Of a stretch of DNA of 64,000 nt, positions 27,952 through 38,176 are shown in pieces. Positions within the stretch are counted from its first letter, which is position 1. Every line of letters starts with the position of its first letter. The position numbers and the translations under genes were made by a program. The stretch comes from Ostreococcus lucimarinus (Eukaryota), in assembly GCA_000092065.1 (NCBI GenBank), contig CP000593.1, one strand, 5' to 3'. Under the pieces are notes generated by a model that was not told the origin of the DNA, did no database searches, and saw only the letters and a list, made by a program, of their open reading frames with translations.

Positions 27952-29910
27952 GTGACGCGGCATCGCGTCGGCGCTTCGCGAATGTCGCGCGCGACCGACG
28001 CGGCGACCGGCGCCGCGTTCGTCGCGATCGACGACGACGACGGGACTCCGACGGTGGTGTTCGCGACGCTCGCGGGCGACGACGGCGCGCTCGCCGCGGA
28101 GCTGCGCGCGATGTGCGCGAACGTCGTCGACGGGAGATTCGCGTTTCCCGAGCGTCGCGCCGCGGCGCGCGCGCGGACGACGGACGGCGCGACGACGACG
28201 ACGCGATTCACGTTTTGCCTGACGCGCGCGGACGGCGCGCGGACGATCGGGGCGGTGCGACGCGTCGGCGCGAGGCGGGCGGCGGCGGCGCTGACGCGGA
28301 CGGCGCGGTTCGAGTACCACGACGACGTCCTGCGACACGCGATGACGCGCGCGATGGAGGCGCTGGACGCGACGGCGCGCGGGACGACGCGGGAACTCGC
28401 GCGGGGGGACGCGCTGTGGGAGTACCTGGATCGAACGATCGGGACGCGGGCGCCGACGGCGGGGACGACGGCGGACGTCGGGCTGCCGTGGACCGAGTTC
28501 GCGGGCGTCGCGACGCAGAGCGTGCGGCTGCGAGCGCCGGATCTGAGGAAGGAGTTTAACGGGGGGATAAAATTTACGGCGCTGTTGGACTGCGGGCACG
28601 TGGAGGCGGTGCTGGCGCTGTTCGCGGCGTTGGTGACGGAGCGACGGGTGGTGCTGACGAGCGGGCGGTTGGAGGCGGTGAGCGCGGCGGTGCACGCGGC
28701 GAACGCGGCGCTGTATCCGCTGAGTTGGCAGCACATATTTTTACCCGTCGTTCCGGAGGCGTTTTTGGATTATTTGACGGCGCCGATGCCGTTTTTGGTC
28801 GGTTTGCATTCGAGTCTGTCGGAGGACGCGAAGCGACTTCCGTGCGACGACGTCTTTACGTTGAATCTCGACGACGGATCGTTCACGTACTTTGAGGAAG
28901 ATTTCGAGGCGATTCCGTCCGGTCCGTTCACGCTCCTTCGCGTCGGGTTGCTCAGGGAGATCGAGCGCACGCGAGGTGAAGACTCGCAAGCGGTGGCGCG
29001 CGTGTTTCGAACGTTTTTCTCGAGCGTGCTCGGGCCGTACAAGCAGCACATCAAGGGCGTCGTCGCGCATCCGCCGCCTCGAGACGCCATCATCGCCGAT
29101 AGTTTATGGCTCGACCAACGAGGACTCGAGCTCGGAAACTTGAAGCACGCCGGCATTCTCGCCGCGATGCGAGGGACGCAAATGTACGAAGTCTTCGTGC
29201 GACAGCGATTGCGCATGTGCGCCCAGGTGGCGAGGAAAACCGGCTTCGTGCCCATGGGGGACGAAATCGTCGATTTCGATCTCGAAGAGGGCGAGTTGAC
29301 GCTTTCTGATTTAATGATGCGAGGTCAAGCGTTGTCCGAGCAGTTCGCCTCCGCTTCGTCGCACGCGTTCTCCGTGGGAAGCTCCGCGCTTCGCGAGACG
29401 ATGCGAAAGGCGAAGAAGGCGTACTCGACGTCAAAGACGATTCAGGGCATGCGCGAGGCGTTCGCATCGAAACGTTCGCAGCTCGCACACTCAATAGGAA
29501 AACTCAGAGAAAAGAGTTCGGAGGATTTGCAGGCGAAATGGGCGGAGTGGACGGACGAGGGAACGGCGAAGAATTTGAGTTTCGCCGAGGCGTCGACCGC
29601 AGAGGCGCCGGTTCCCGCGCCGCCGCAGACGCAATCACCGGTGGTCGAGCGCGAAGCCGTCGAAGTGAACGAACCAGTGGCGATGAGCGAGCCCATCGTC
29701 GACTCGCTCGCATCGGCACCGACGCCGGCTCCGACGCTCGCGTCGGCACCGCCGCCACGCGTCGAATCAGTCTCGGGCGCGGCAAACATGATGGCGAACT
29801 TGATGTCTTTCGACGACGCCGGAGACACGCTCGCCCCCGTGACGCCGTCTAAGCGCACGGGCGCGACGATGGCAGACGTTGACGAGCTCCCAAACTTAAT
29901 CGACATGTAG
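27952..29910 (+). CDS. DENN-domain protein (uDENN-cDENN-dDENN; putative Rab GEF)
   Basis: ...FTFCLTRADGARTIGAVRR is uDENN-like. ...LLDCGHVEAVLALFAALVTERRVVLTSGRLEAVSAAVHAANAALYPLSWQHIFLPVVPEAFLDYLTAPMPFLVGLHSSL is the core DENN. The tail is Ser/Pro/Ala-rich. Confidence 0.7.
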   Translation: MTRHRVGASRMSRATDAATGAAFVAIDDDDGTPTVVFATLAGDDGALAAELRAMCANVVDGRFAFPERRAAARARTTDGATTTTRFTFCLTRADGARTIGAVRRVGARRAAAALTRTARFEYHDDVLRHAMTRAMEALDATARGTTRELARGDALWEYLDRTIGTRAPTAGTTADVGLPWTEFAGVATQSVRLRAPDLRKEFNGGIKFTALLDCGHVEAVLALFAALVTERRVVLTSGRLEAVSAAVHAANAALYPLSWQHIFLPVVPEAFLDYLTAPMPFLVGLHSSLSEDAKRLPCDDVFTLNLDDGSFTYFEEDFEAIPSGPFTLLRVGLLREIERTRGEDSQAVARVFRTFFSSVLGPYKQHIKGVVAHPPPRDAIIADSLWLDQRGLELGNLKHAGILAAMRGTQMYEVFVRQRLRMCAQVARKTGFVPMGDEIVDFDLEEGELTLSDLMMRGQALSEQFASASSHAFSVGSSALRETMRKAKKAYSTSKTIQGMREAFASKRSQLAHSIGKLREKSSEDLQAKWAEWTDEGTAKNLSFAEASTAEAPVPAPPQTQSPVVEREAVEVNEPVAMSEPIVDSLASAPTPAPTLASAPPPRVESVSGAANMMANLMSFDDAGDTLAPVTPSKRTGATMADVDELPNLIDM

Positions 29911-30013
29911 AAACGTAGGAATAGCGCGCGCACTGTAAATAGCTTCAGCTTAGACGCTCGACGAAACGCGACGACTACTGTACGATTATCAAATCTCTAA
30001 ACTCTTGATCGAA

Positions 30014-30631
30014 TCAAGGCATCCCCGGCGTCCGCGGCGCCGCCCTCGCGCGTTGTCCGTCTCCACCTACATTCAAATATTCGACCGGAAACGTCGCATT
30101 CGACGTCGACGTTTCGCCTCGCCAAATCCGTCCCGCGCGCGGCGTCACCGCCCACCGTAATTTCACCTCCATCCCTCGTCCGGACAACCGCTCGTCCACG
30201 CTCCGTAGCTTATACTTCGCCCGTATCACGCCCTGTTTCCTCAATTTCTTCGCCTTACTCTCCGCGCTTTCCCATCTATCAAACTTTACCGCGTCGTCCC
30301 AAATCGTCGCCTCGTTGACGCCGCGCGTCTCCGTCTCCCACGACACCGTCACGTGCGCGAACACCATCTTCGTGTTCCAGCTCGCGCACGACGACAGATC
30401 GTAGTCTACTTCCAGCCTCACCACTGCCTCGTCTCGGCTGTCGGCGACGCGCGCGAAGCGTTCGTAGTCGACGACTCGAACGATCGGGCTTCGGGACATG
30501 AACGGCATCGAAGACGTCGGCGCGCAGGCGTGAAAGACATCGGTGACGGACGCGCACGCGACGAGGACGGCGAAAATGGCGACGGCGAGCGTGAGCGTGG
30601 CGTTGAGGCGGTGCCACGGGGAGTGGGACAT
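30014..30631 (-). CDS. SPCS3: Signal peptidase complex subunit 3 (SPC22/23, SPCS3)
   Basis: MSHSPWHRLNATLTLAVAIFAVLV is an N-terminal signal-anchor. ...WNTKMVFAHVTVSWETETRGVNEATIWDDAV... matches the conserved SPC3 block W.TKQ.FVY..AEY...N...LWD.I. The ATG is 21 codons into an ORF that opens with TTG at 30694. Confidence 0.7.
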   Translation of the reverse strand: MSHSPWHRLNATLTLAVAIFAVLVACASVTDVFHACAPTSSMPFMSRSPIVRVVDYERFARVADSRDEAVVRLEVDYDLSSCASWNTKMVFAHVTVSWETETRGVNEATIWDDAVKFDRWESAESKAKKLRKQGVIRAKYKLRSVDERLSGRGMEVKLRWAVTPRAGRIWRGETSTSNATFPVEYLNVGGDGQRARAAPRTPGMP

Positions 30632-30690
30632 GGCGGCGAGGCGCGCTCTGCGGCTGACCCGGGACGCGCGCGGACGGTTACAATACGAGG

Positions 30691-31548
30691 TCAAGCGGAC
30701 GCGTCGCCGCGCTCGCGCCTATTTTGGGCTTCTAAATCTTTCAACGCGGTCTCCACGCGACGCATGATCTGCGCGTGCAGATGGTCGCGCGCCTTGGCGT
30801 TCTTCTCGCAGCGCGCGCACTTGGCCGTCAAGTCGGTCAAATCGAGCGGTTCGCCGACGGTAACGTGCACGCGCTTACCCACGCCAATCTCCCATCGCCC
30901 GTACGGTTTTACGTCGGACATGCCGGAGTGCCAAAACGGTAGCACCATCGGCGGCGTTCCGCCCGCGATCTCGACGTCGCACAGCAATTTCGCCACGCCT
31001 CTTCGCATCGTTCCCAACTCTCCGTCGCGACTGACGCGACCCTCGGGAAACAAGTGCACCCAATCCCCTCTCAGTAACAGATTCGCCGCCGTTCGCATCG
31101 CCGGCTGCTCCACCCCACCGCCTCGCTTGATCGCCAGCGCCTTACCGCACAAGAAAAAGCTCTCTCGCAGCTTGGTTTTCGCGCAAATCTCATCCGTGCA
31201 CAGCGTCCACCGCACGCCCCCGCGCCGCGGCTCGCCGACGAAGACCGACCACGGGATCAGCGCGCTCAGCATTCCCGGGTCGTCGAACGTGCTCACGTGA
31301 TTGCACACCGTGAGTAATCCCTGCGCGTTCGCTCGATCGCGATTCGCGATGGCGCGCTCGAACGTCGCGAGATTCGTCGTCGTCGTGACGTTGGCGACGT
31401 CCAGGACGCACTTGCTGAACGCCGCCACCGCGGCGAGCACCGCCTGACGCCCGACGACGCCCCAGGGCGAGGCCGTGGGCAGGACGTCGTCGTAGACCGC
31501 GCGTCCGCTCGTCGAGGGCGCGGCGTCGCCGGACGACGGCGCGGACAT
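30691..31548 (-). CDS. TAZ: Tafazzin-like phospholipid/lysophospholipid acyltransferase
   Basis: The HX4D acyltransferase motif is present in LLTVCNHVSTFDDP. FPEG is present in WVHLFPEGRVSRDGELG. The overall length and order match tafazzin. Confidence 0.8.
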   Translation of the reverse strand: MSAPSSGDAAPSTSGRAVYDDVLPTASPWGVVGRQAVLAAVAAFSKCVLDVANVTTTTNLATFERAIANRDRANAQGLLTVCNHVSTFDDPGMLSALIPWSVFVGEPRRGGVRWTLCTDEICAKTKLRESFFLCGKALAIKRGGGVEQPAMRTAANLLLRGDWVHLFPEGRVSRDGELGTMRRGVAKLLCDVEIAGGTPPMVLPFWHSGMSDVKPYGRWEIGVGKRVHVTVGEPLDLTDLTAKCARCEKNAKARDHLHAQIMRRVETALKDLEAQNRRERGDASA

Positions 31549-31837
31549 CGGAGGCGAGGCGAGGCGCGCGCGCGCGGCGGCTTCGGGACGCCGCGCGGCG
31601 GCTTCGGGACGCGCGGACGCGCGCGCGGACGGCGAGGCGAGGGCGACGCGCGCGGGATGGGCGGCGAACGGTGCGCCGACGCGCGCGCTGGTGGACGGTC
31701 GACGCGGCGCGGAAGGGCGGCGCGGTGTGCGGGCGACGGGACGAACGCGTCGAGTGGTACGAGTTACAACGGCGACGAATGAATGAAAAAAGTTTGCGGT
31801 ACAGACGGATTCGTATCGAAAGAAAGAATGCGGTGAA

Positions 31838-33628
31838 TCACCGAATGCTCGTGCGCGCGAGCGTGCTGACGGTGTTGTCGCCGGCGCCCGAGACGGGGGA
31901 CTTCATGCCGGGGAAGACGTTCCAAAAGCGCAACGTCTCGTCGCCGGCGCCGGTGACGATGGTTTGGCCGTCGGGAGAAATGGCGAGAAAGAGCACGCGG
32001 AGGGTGTGGCCCGTGAGCGTGGTGAGCTTGGACATACTCGGATAACGCCAGACGACGATTTGATTTTGGCTGTAGCCGTGCGTGCTGACGATCTCGTTCA
32101 CGTTCTTGCTCCAAACCAAGTTGCACACCTGCGAACCGGTGTCGACGCACTGCAACGGCGTGTTGGTGACGGTGTTCCAAAACCGAATGCATCGGTCGGC
32201 GGTACCGCCGCCGCTGGCGAGTAAGCCGTGTTGATGTGGAGACCACGCGATGGCCTTGACCGCGGCGGTGTGCTCGCTGCATCGCAAGATTGGTGACGTC
32301 GAGTGCGAATTCCACACGAAGAGTTGATTGTCGTTGCCGCCGCTCGCGAGCTGTTGGTCGTCGTAAGACCACTTCAATCCGCACACCTCGCTCTTATGCC
32401 CGAGAAGCTTGCTAGAGTAATCGCTCGGTGATCGAATGTCGCGATTCAAGATGGCGCGATCGCGACTCCCGCTCGAGAGCGTGTGCGAGTTCCACGCCAA
32501 CGTCCCGGCGCGACTGCGGTGCCCGAGCATCGCTCGCGTCTTTTTGCACTTGGCCACGTCCCATATCTGCACCTCGCCGCTGTTCGTGCCGACGCCCAAA
32601 TACGTCCCACGCTGCGTCCACGCCACAGAGGCGACGGAATCGTTAGGAGCGAGCTCACACAGCTTGGTCACCTTGCTAGTGCACGCGCTCCACAGGTAGA
32701 CGCACGTTCCCAAACCGACGGCTAACACGTTGCTCGAACTCCAATCGACGAGGTTGAGGTAGAAATCGTCCTGCAACGCCGGCGCGTCGAGTACTTTGAA
32801 CGGACTACGCGCGATCTTTCGCGGCGCGCGGCGGCGCGGCGATAAAAGCGTCATGCCGAGCGGTCCGTCGCCGTCGCCGACTGGATTCAACGCGTACGGC
32901 GATTCGCCTCGAGCGATCGTCCCGAACGAGCCATCGTCGCGAAATTTGAACAAGTTCCTTCCGGGAGTGGAGTACGAGTACGACGATCCATCGATCGGCG
33001 TCGCCGGCGTCCGCGGTCGGTACCTCGCCGCGCTCGGCGTCGCCGGCGGCGTCACGCCGTACGCCTCGGGCGGACACACGTCTCCGAGCAACTCGCTTCG
33101 CAACAACGCCCCGTACGCCGCGCTCGTATCCTCGCGCTCGTGCGCTCGCGCCGAACCACCATCACCCCTGTGCGCGCCCGCGCTATCAGCATCGCGATTC
33201 GCGTCCCCCTCCCGTCCCCGATCGGCGTCGCCGCGTCCGTCCCGACCGATTCGTCCGCCGCCGCCGCCGCTCGCGCCGCCGATCTCTTCACCCCTACCCC
33301 CTCCCGTCGCCCCGACCCCGACGCTCGCGCACGCCTCCAGCATACTAAAATCACCCCGAAATCCCGCGCTCGCGCTCCTCGACGGCACGTACCGATCGCT
33401 GTATCCCGCGTTCGCCCGTCCCGCGCTCGCGCCGCGTCCCGCGCTCGCCCGCCCCTCCCTCTCCGGCGTCCCCGGCGCGCTCCCATCGCGCGCGCCCGTC
33501 CCGCGTCGCGTCGAGTCCTCGAAAATCAATCGCCGCGCCACGTCCACGCCGCGATGCCCCCCGTTCGCCATCCCGCGCGCGCCGTCGCCGCGAATCAGCG
33601 TCGTCGTCCCGGCGCTCCCGAGACGCAA
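31838..33628 (-). CDS. CDH1: APC/C activator CDH1/FZR (Cdc20 family WD40)
   Basis: DRYVPSRS is the C-box. ...FKVLDAPALQDDFYLNLVDWSSSNVLAVGLGTCVYLWSACTSKV... and the WD40 repeats are near-identical to FZR1. The C-terminus ends in the IR tail (...RTSIR). Confidence 0.9.
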   Translation of the reverse strand: MRLGSAGTTTLIRGDGARGMANGGHRGVDVARRLIFEDSTRRGTGARDGSAPGTPEREGRASAGRGASAGRANAGYSDRYVPSRSASAGFRGDFSMLEACASVGVGATGGGRGEEIGGASGGGGGRIGRDGRGDADRGREGDANRDADSAGAHRGDGGSARAHEREDTSAAYGALLRSELLGDVCPPEAYGVTPPATPSAARYRPRTPATPIDGSSYSYSTPGRNLFKFRDDGSFGTIARGESPYALNPVGDGDGPLGMTLLSPRRRAPRKIARSPFKVLDAPALQDDFYLNLVDWSSSNVLAVGLGTCVYLWSACTSKVTKLCELAPNDSVASVAWTQRGTYLGVGTNSGEVQIWDVAKCKKTRAMLGHRSRAGTLAWNSHTLSSGSRDRAILNRDIRSPSDYSSKLLGHKSEVCGLKWSYDDQQLASGGNDNQLFVWNSHSTSPILRCSEHTAAVKAIAWSPHQHGLLASGGGTADRCIRFWNTVTNTPLQCVDTGSQVCNLVWSKNVNEIVSTHGYSQNQIVVWRYPSMSKLTTLTGHTLRVLFLAISPDGQTIVTGAGDETLRFWNVFPGMKSPVSGAGDNTVSTLARTSIR

Positions 33629-33862
33629 TTCCCGTCCGTTTTCTCGCGCGTGGGACGTCGGCGCGCGCGTTTTCGGTTCGCGTCTCGGCGTCTCGGCGTT
33701 AAAGCGCGCGTCCGCTCGCGATCGGCGCGGTCGAGCGGTCGTCGTCGCGCGCGACGCGCGTCGCGGTGCGTCGGTCGTCGCGCGGTCGCGTCGCGCGGTC
33801 GTCGTAATCCGTGTGTGACGCCTTCCGACGACAGTGATACTAAGTCACGACACGCAGACGAC

Positions 33863-33961
33863 GCGCGCAAAGTCGTATTCACCGGGGCGAAACCGCGATC
33901 GCGACGCGTGCCGAATGTATACATAAACGCGAACGACGCGCGCAAAGTCGTATTCACCGGG
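33863..33961. promoter_or_regulatory. Two copies of a 39-bp direct repeat (acgacgcgcgcaaagtcgtattcaccggggcgaaaccgc) in the CDH1/RRM-gene bidirectional promoter
   Basis: There are exact copies at ~33863-33901 and ~33923-33961. Each contains GCGCGCAAA, i.e. TTTGCGCGC on the other strand, which resembles an E2F site. Confidence 0.4.
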
Positions 33962-34535
33962 GCGAAACCGCCATGAACTTTCGACGCGCGACGTGACCTT
34001 TGGGCGCCACGCGCGCCCGGAGACGGCGCGCGCGCGTCGGCACGACGCGACGCTCGAGGACGCGGGAGACGCGCGATGTCGCCGCCGACGCCGCGCGACG
34101 TCGATCGCCCGTCCCCGCGCGCGCCCGCGCCGAGACGCGCGACGCGAGGCGACGACGACGCGGGAGACGACGGCGTCGCCGTCACGCGCGCGAATGCGAA
34201 AAATGAAAATGAAGCGAATGCGAATCGAACGGCGCGCGCGTCGACGACGCGCGAGGACGCGCGCGAGGCGAACGGGAACGATGGGAAAACCGCTCGAGAG
34301 CCGACGAGGGTGCGCGCGACGCGCGAACGGGCGATGCGATGGCGACGGGAGGGAAACATTCGGGAGATGGGCGATCTTTCAAACGGCTGGTGATTTTGAA
34401 AGATTTTTTAAACGCGAGGACGCGAAGACGCGAGGGCGATCGGGGCGCGGTGAAGGCGCGCGAGAGACTGACGAAGGCGCGAAACGTGGATTTTTAACGT
34501 CGCAGAGCGCGTCGTACGAGTCGAGCGAACGACCG

Positions 34536-36545
34536 ATGATGACGCCGTCGTACATGGAGTGGTATCGAGCGGCGATGGCGAACGGCGGCGTGGTGCCGGC
34601 GGCGGGGACGCCGTTGCAGGTGGTGTCTCAGCACGAGTTCGCGGTGCCGGTGGTGGTGCCGGTGAACTTAATGCCGGGTGGGGAGGGTATGTCACCGCCT
34701 GGGGTGGCGGATATGGGGTACGGGGGGTACGATCCGCACGCGATGGCGGCCGGTTCGTACGCGCCGGCGGGCGCGTACGGGGTGCCGCCGCCGATGATGA
34801 TGATGGGCGCGCCGGCGCCGCCGGGGGCGTACGGTGAGTACGCATACGCGGCGATGACGGCGGCGCAGCACGAGTATTACGCAGCCATGCATAACGCGCA
34901 TCATTACGACCACTACGGGTACGTGATGCCGCCTTACATGGGCGCGGGCTTTGTCCCTGGCGGTCGCGGATACGGCAGGCGATCGCCGGGAGGTCGCGGC
35001 GGTCGAGTGGGAGGTCGTGGCGGCCGAGGTCGCGGCGAGCAGTGGCGTAATGGTGTGCACGTGAACGGTGGTATCGTCGGTGGCCGCTTCTACGGCGCCA
35101 GTGGACGATATTTCGGCGATGGACGTGCGAACGAAAAGGCGGTGCCGTACACCGTCTTCGTCAAGGATGTGCCGGCGAGCGTGAGCGAACGCGAATTAGC
35201 GGATGTTTTCGCCTCGTGCGGCCGCATCATAGACTGTCGCATGTGCGGTGATGCGAACACACACAAGTTTAGCTACGCCTTTGTGGCGTTTGAGTGCGCC
35301 GAGGCGGTGGATCGGGCGTTATTGTTGGACAAGACGCCGCTCCACGGGAAAAACATCATGGTGAAGAAGAGCGACACCGCGGTGATCCCAGTGAACCCGT
35401 TACTGCTACCGCAGAATGAACGAGAGGTTGAATCGTGCGCGAGGACAATTTACGTCGCAAACGTCGACAAGACCGTGGACTCGCACGCGTTGAAGTTACT
35501 TTTCGAGGACCGCGCCGGCCCCGTCAACCGCTTGCATTTGCAAGTGAAGAACAACGCCGTGGCGAATGTAGCCTTCGTAGAGTTCGTCGACCTCGAAAGC
35601 GTGGGAACCGCGCTGCATTTGACGGGTGAACAGCTTGGAAACCGCATGATTCGCGTGAGTGCGTCAAAGACGCCGCTCCGTTTGCATCGACGAACGAATC
35701 ACGGATCCGCGGCTTCGACTTCGGGCGACTCGTCTGCCGAATCGCAGCGCGCAACCATGCCACCGTTCCCTTACCCGTACTCGACGTCCACCCGGACCAT
35801 CGGTGATGAACCGACGACGCCGGAGTCGCCGCCGTGCAAAGTTTACGTGAGGAACATTCCGAAAACTTTATCTCCAGGGAGTCTCAGGGCGATGTTTTCC
35901 GAATGTGGACAAGTGAGACACGTCGAGTTGCTCACCAACCCAAAGAGTAAGTTTCCGTACGCTTTCATAGACTTTGAGGACAACGAAGCGGTAAAGCGCG
36001 CGTTGGATTTAGACGGCAAAGAAGTGGATGATTGCCAGCTCAAAGTTGAGATCTCGCACAGCAAAAAGCGCGCCCTGACACGGCCATTGGATCCAGTAGC
36101 GCAAGAAAAGGCGGATCGCACGGTTTACGTGACGGATATCGACCCTGAGATCGAACCGACGCTCGTGCGCGACAAGTTTGAGGAGGAATGCGGTGAGGTG
36201 GCGTTATTCTGGTACAAGGCGTTCGAAAAGGGCGAGAAGCAAGCCATCGCCTTCATCGAGTTCGCTGAACTGAGCTCTGTGGGTAAGGCGTTGAAGCTGT
36301 GTCGGACGCACTTTTTGTGTGACTCGCGCTTGGTCAAGGTTCGACACTCCGTCACAGCGTTGACACCCAAAGAAGGTCATCCCGGGACGTGCCACACTCC
36401 TGAATTAGACAGCCCCGCGAGCTCGAGCGGTGATGAAGGTCCGGATGATCGCGAGAGCGTCGTGCGTAATTTATCGTCTCCGCTCGACGCCGAAATCGTC
36501 GCGGCGAAGGTTGAGAAGTTAGGCATGAAGAACGCCGCGGCGTAG
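34536..36545 (+). CDS. CID (CTC-interacting-domain)-like RNA-binding protein with four RRMs
   Basis: The four RRM cores are VFVKDVP...YAFVAF, TIYVANVDKTVDSHALKLLFEDRAGPVNRLHLQ...ANVAFVEF...RVSASKTP, KVYVRNIP...YAFIDF and TVYVTDID...IAFIEF. The second matches the CID11/12-type RRM. The N-terminus is Tyr/Gly/Met-rich and low in complexity. The ATG at 34536 lies inside a GC-driven ORF that opens at 33993. Confidence 0.75.
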   Translation: MMTPSYMEWYRAAMANGGVVPAAGTPLQVVSQHEFAVPVVVPVNLMPGGEGMSPPGVADMGYGGYDPHAMAAGSYAPAGAYGVPPPMMMMGAPAPPGAYGEYAYAAMTAAQHEYYAAMHNAHHYDHYGYVMPPYMGAGFVPGGRGYGRRSPGGRGGRVGGRGGRGRGEQWRNGVHVNGGIVGGRFYGASGRYFGDGRANEKAVPYTVFVKDVPASVSERELADVFASCGRIIDCRMCGDANTHKFSYAFVAFECAEAVDRALLLDKTPLHGKNIMVKKSDTAVIPVNPLLLPQNEREVESCARTIYVANVDKTVDSHALKLLFEDRAGPVNRLHLQVKNNAVANVAFVEFVDLESVGTALHLTGEQLGNRMIRVSASKTPLRLHRRTNHGSAASTSGDSSAESQRATMPPFPYPYSTSTRTIGDEPTTPESPPCKVYVRNIPKTLSPGSLRAMFSECGQVRHVELLTNPKSKFPYAFIDFEDNEAVKRALDLDGKEVDDCQLKVEISHSKKRALTRPLDPVAQEKADRTVYVTDIDPEIEPTLVRDKFEEECGEVALFWYKAFEKGEKQAIAFIEFAELSSVGKALKLCRTHFLCDSRLVKVRHSVTALTPKEGHPGTCHTPELDSPASSSGDEGPDDRESVVRNLSSPLDAEIVAAKVEKLGMKNAAA

Positions 36546-36601
36546 GGCACGACACCAGAGAATGTACATATAAACTAAGTGTGATATACTACTACAATAT
36601 T

Positions 36602-38011
36602 CTACTGCGCCTCGGCTATGCCGCGAACGATGCCGTTCGCGTGCGCCAAGCCGGTGACGATGACGCACGTGACGACTTCGTCGTCGTCTTCATCAATCCG
36701 CGGCGCTTGCGACGCCTCGACGCTCGCGCTCGCGAGTAAATACCCAGCCGGATGTGTCTCTAACGCGTGCACGTCGCACTCGTCCATTCCTTCGATCCAA
36801 ACCTCCAATTTCCGAGCCTTTGTCGTCGGGCGCTCGCCCTCCACCACGCGCGTCACTCGTGCGCGGCGCATGGAATCCTCAACGGCCACGGTTCCAGTAC
36901 GTCGAGCCGCATCGCCTAGAATCTCAAAGCAAGAACTACTCACGTAATGTCTCGCGCGCCCGAGTAAACACCCGAGCTCGGCGCCCACGAGGGATCCGCC
37001 ATTCGCTTCCGCGAGCGAGTCCATGAGCGCTAGCCAACGCGGCTCCCACAAGTTCAGCCTTCTCGTTTCGCCCCGTTTCAGCGGACGTTTCAGCGTGAAG
37101 CACGGCACCGCGCCAGCATCACTCGGGGTGAATGTTTGCATGCTCTTCTTCGTCGCCGACGGATCGGTGGAAAACCCAAATCGCACGCGGCGTACCCGCC
37201 CTCGAGCGATGCCCGAGCACACGTCGACGGCGTTCAACGCGTTGGCGCACAACACCTCGTCTCTTTCCATCCACAGCGTCTCCACGAGCGGGCAAAATAA
37301 TAAAAGCGCAAGGAACACGCCGACTGCGTCCACGAGACCGTTCTCCGCTCCGTTCGGCATCGCCAAGCTCGCCAACGTCGCCGCGACGAACGCCGCCGCC
37401 GGTCCCGCGAGCGGCGTCAGATTTCTCGGCTCGTCCATGAGAGCTCTCGCCACGTCCGCCGCGGCGAGCGCGCCATCGCTCGAAACACCCACGGATCCAC
37501 CATCCCACGCGTTTTTCACGTACGCCAACACCGTTTTCCACCGTTCGATCGCGAAAGGGTTCGTCCCGAACGCGCGAGCCGCCAACGCCTCGCCTATACC
37601 TCTCGCCCGCACGTCCCCGTACACCGTCAGCGCGTCCTCGCGCTCTGATTCGATGATACCGGTCAACAAATCGCTCCCGTATTCGGAATCGTCGATCACG
37701 CGCGCGCGTTCGACGAAGCTCGCGACGAGGGCGTCGGCGCGCTCTTGGTCGAGCTCGAGCACCACAGCCTGCGGTTTCGCGCGTCGTATGACCCGTCGAA
37801 CGTCTGCCGCCGCCGCCGCGCTCGCGTGGGAGGTACCGACGACGTAGAATTCGCACTGCGTCGCGCGGGAGGGTCGAGAGACGTCGAGTTTGAGGCTTTT
37901 TGAGACGAATCCCGTGCCGGGAGGGAGCCAGGTCGGGACGGCGGCGCCCGACGACGACGACGACGACGACGGGACGTCCGGGACGACGACGCGCACGCAC
38001 GCGGCGCGCAT
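36602..38011 (-). CDS. TraB-family protein with C-terminal Lon-N (substrate-binding)-like domain
   Basis: EFYVVGTSHASAAAAADVRRVIRRAKPQAVVLELDQER is the TraB/PrgY-type N-terminal motif. The C-terminal ...FTLKRPLKRGETRRLNLWEPRWLALMD resembles the Lon N-domain core (LPLFPL...L.IFEPRY). Confidence 0.7.
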   Translation of the reverse strand: MRAACVRVVVPDVPSSSSSSSGAAVPTWLPPGTGFVSKSLKLDVSRPSRATQCEFYVVGTSHASAAAAADVRRVIRRAKPQAVVLELDQERADALVASFVERARVIDDSEYGSDLLTGIIESEREDALTVYGDVRARGIGEALAARAFGTNPFAIERWKTVLAYVKNAWDGGSVGVSSDGALAAADVARALMDEPRNLTPLAGPAAAFVAATLASLAMPNGAENGLVDAVGVFLALLLFCPLVETLWMERDEVLCANALNAVDVCSGIARGRVRRVRFGFSTDPSATKKSMQTFTPSDAGAVPCFTLKRPLKRGETRRLNLWEPRWLALMDSLAEANGGSLVGAELGCLLGRARHYVSSSCFEILGDAARRTGTVAVEDSMRRARVTRVVEGERPTTKARKLEVWIEGMDECDVHALETHPAGYLLASASVEASQAPRIDEDDDEVVTCVIVTGLAHANGIVRGIAEAQ

Positions 38012-38176
38012 GGCGATCGACGCCGACGTCGGGCGCCTCGCGCGCGTCGCGACGTGAAGTTTGGGTCGGTTCTCTGTGTGTGACGTAGCAATTTGTCTAT
38101 TCTACCCGACGGGAGGGACGACGACGACGACGCGGGCGGCCTACCTCGCTTCACCGCGGCCGCGATCGCGCGGCTT

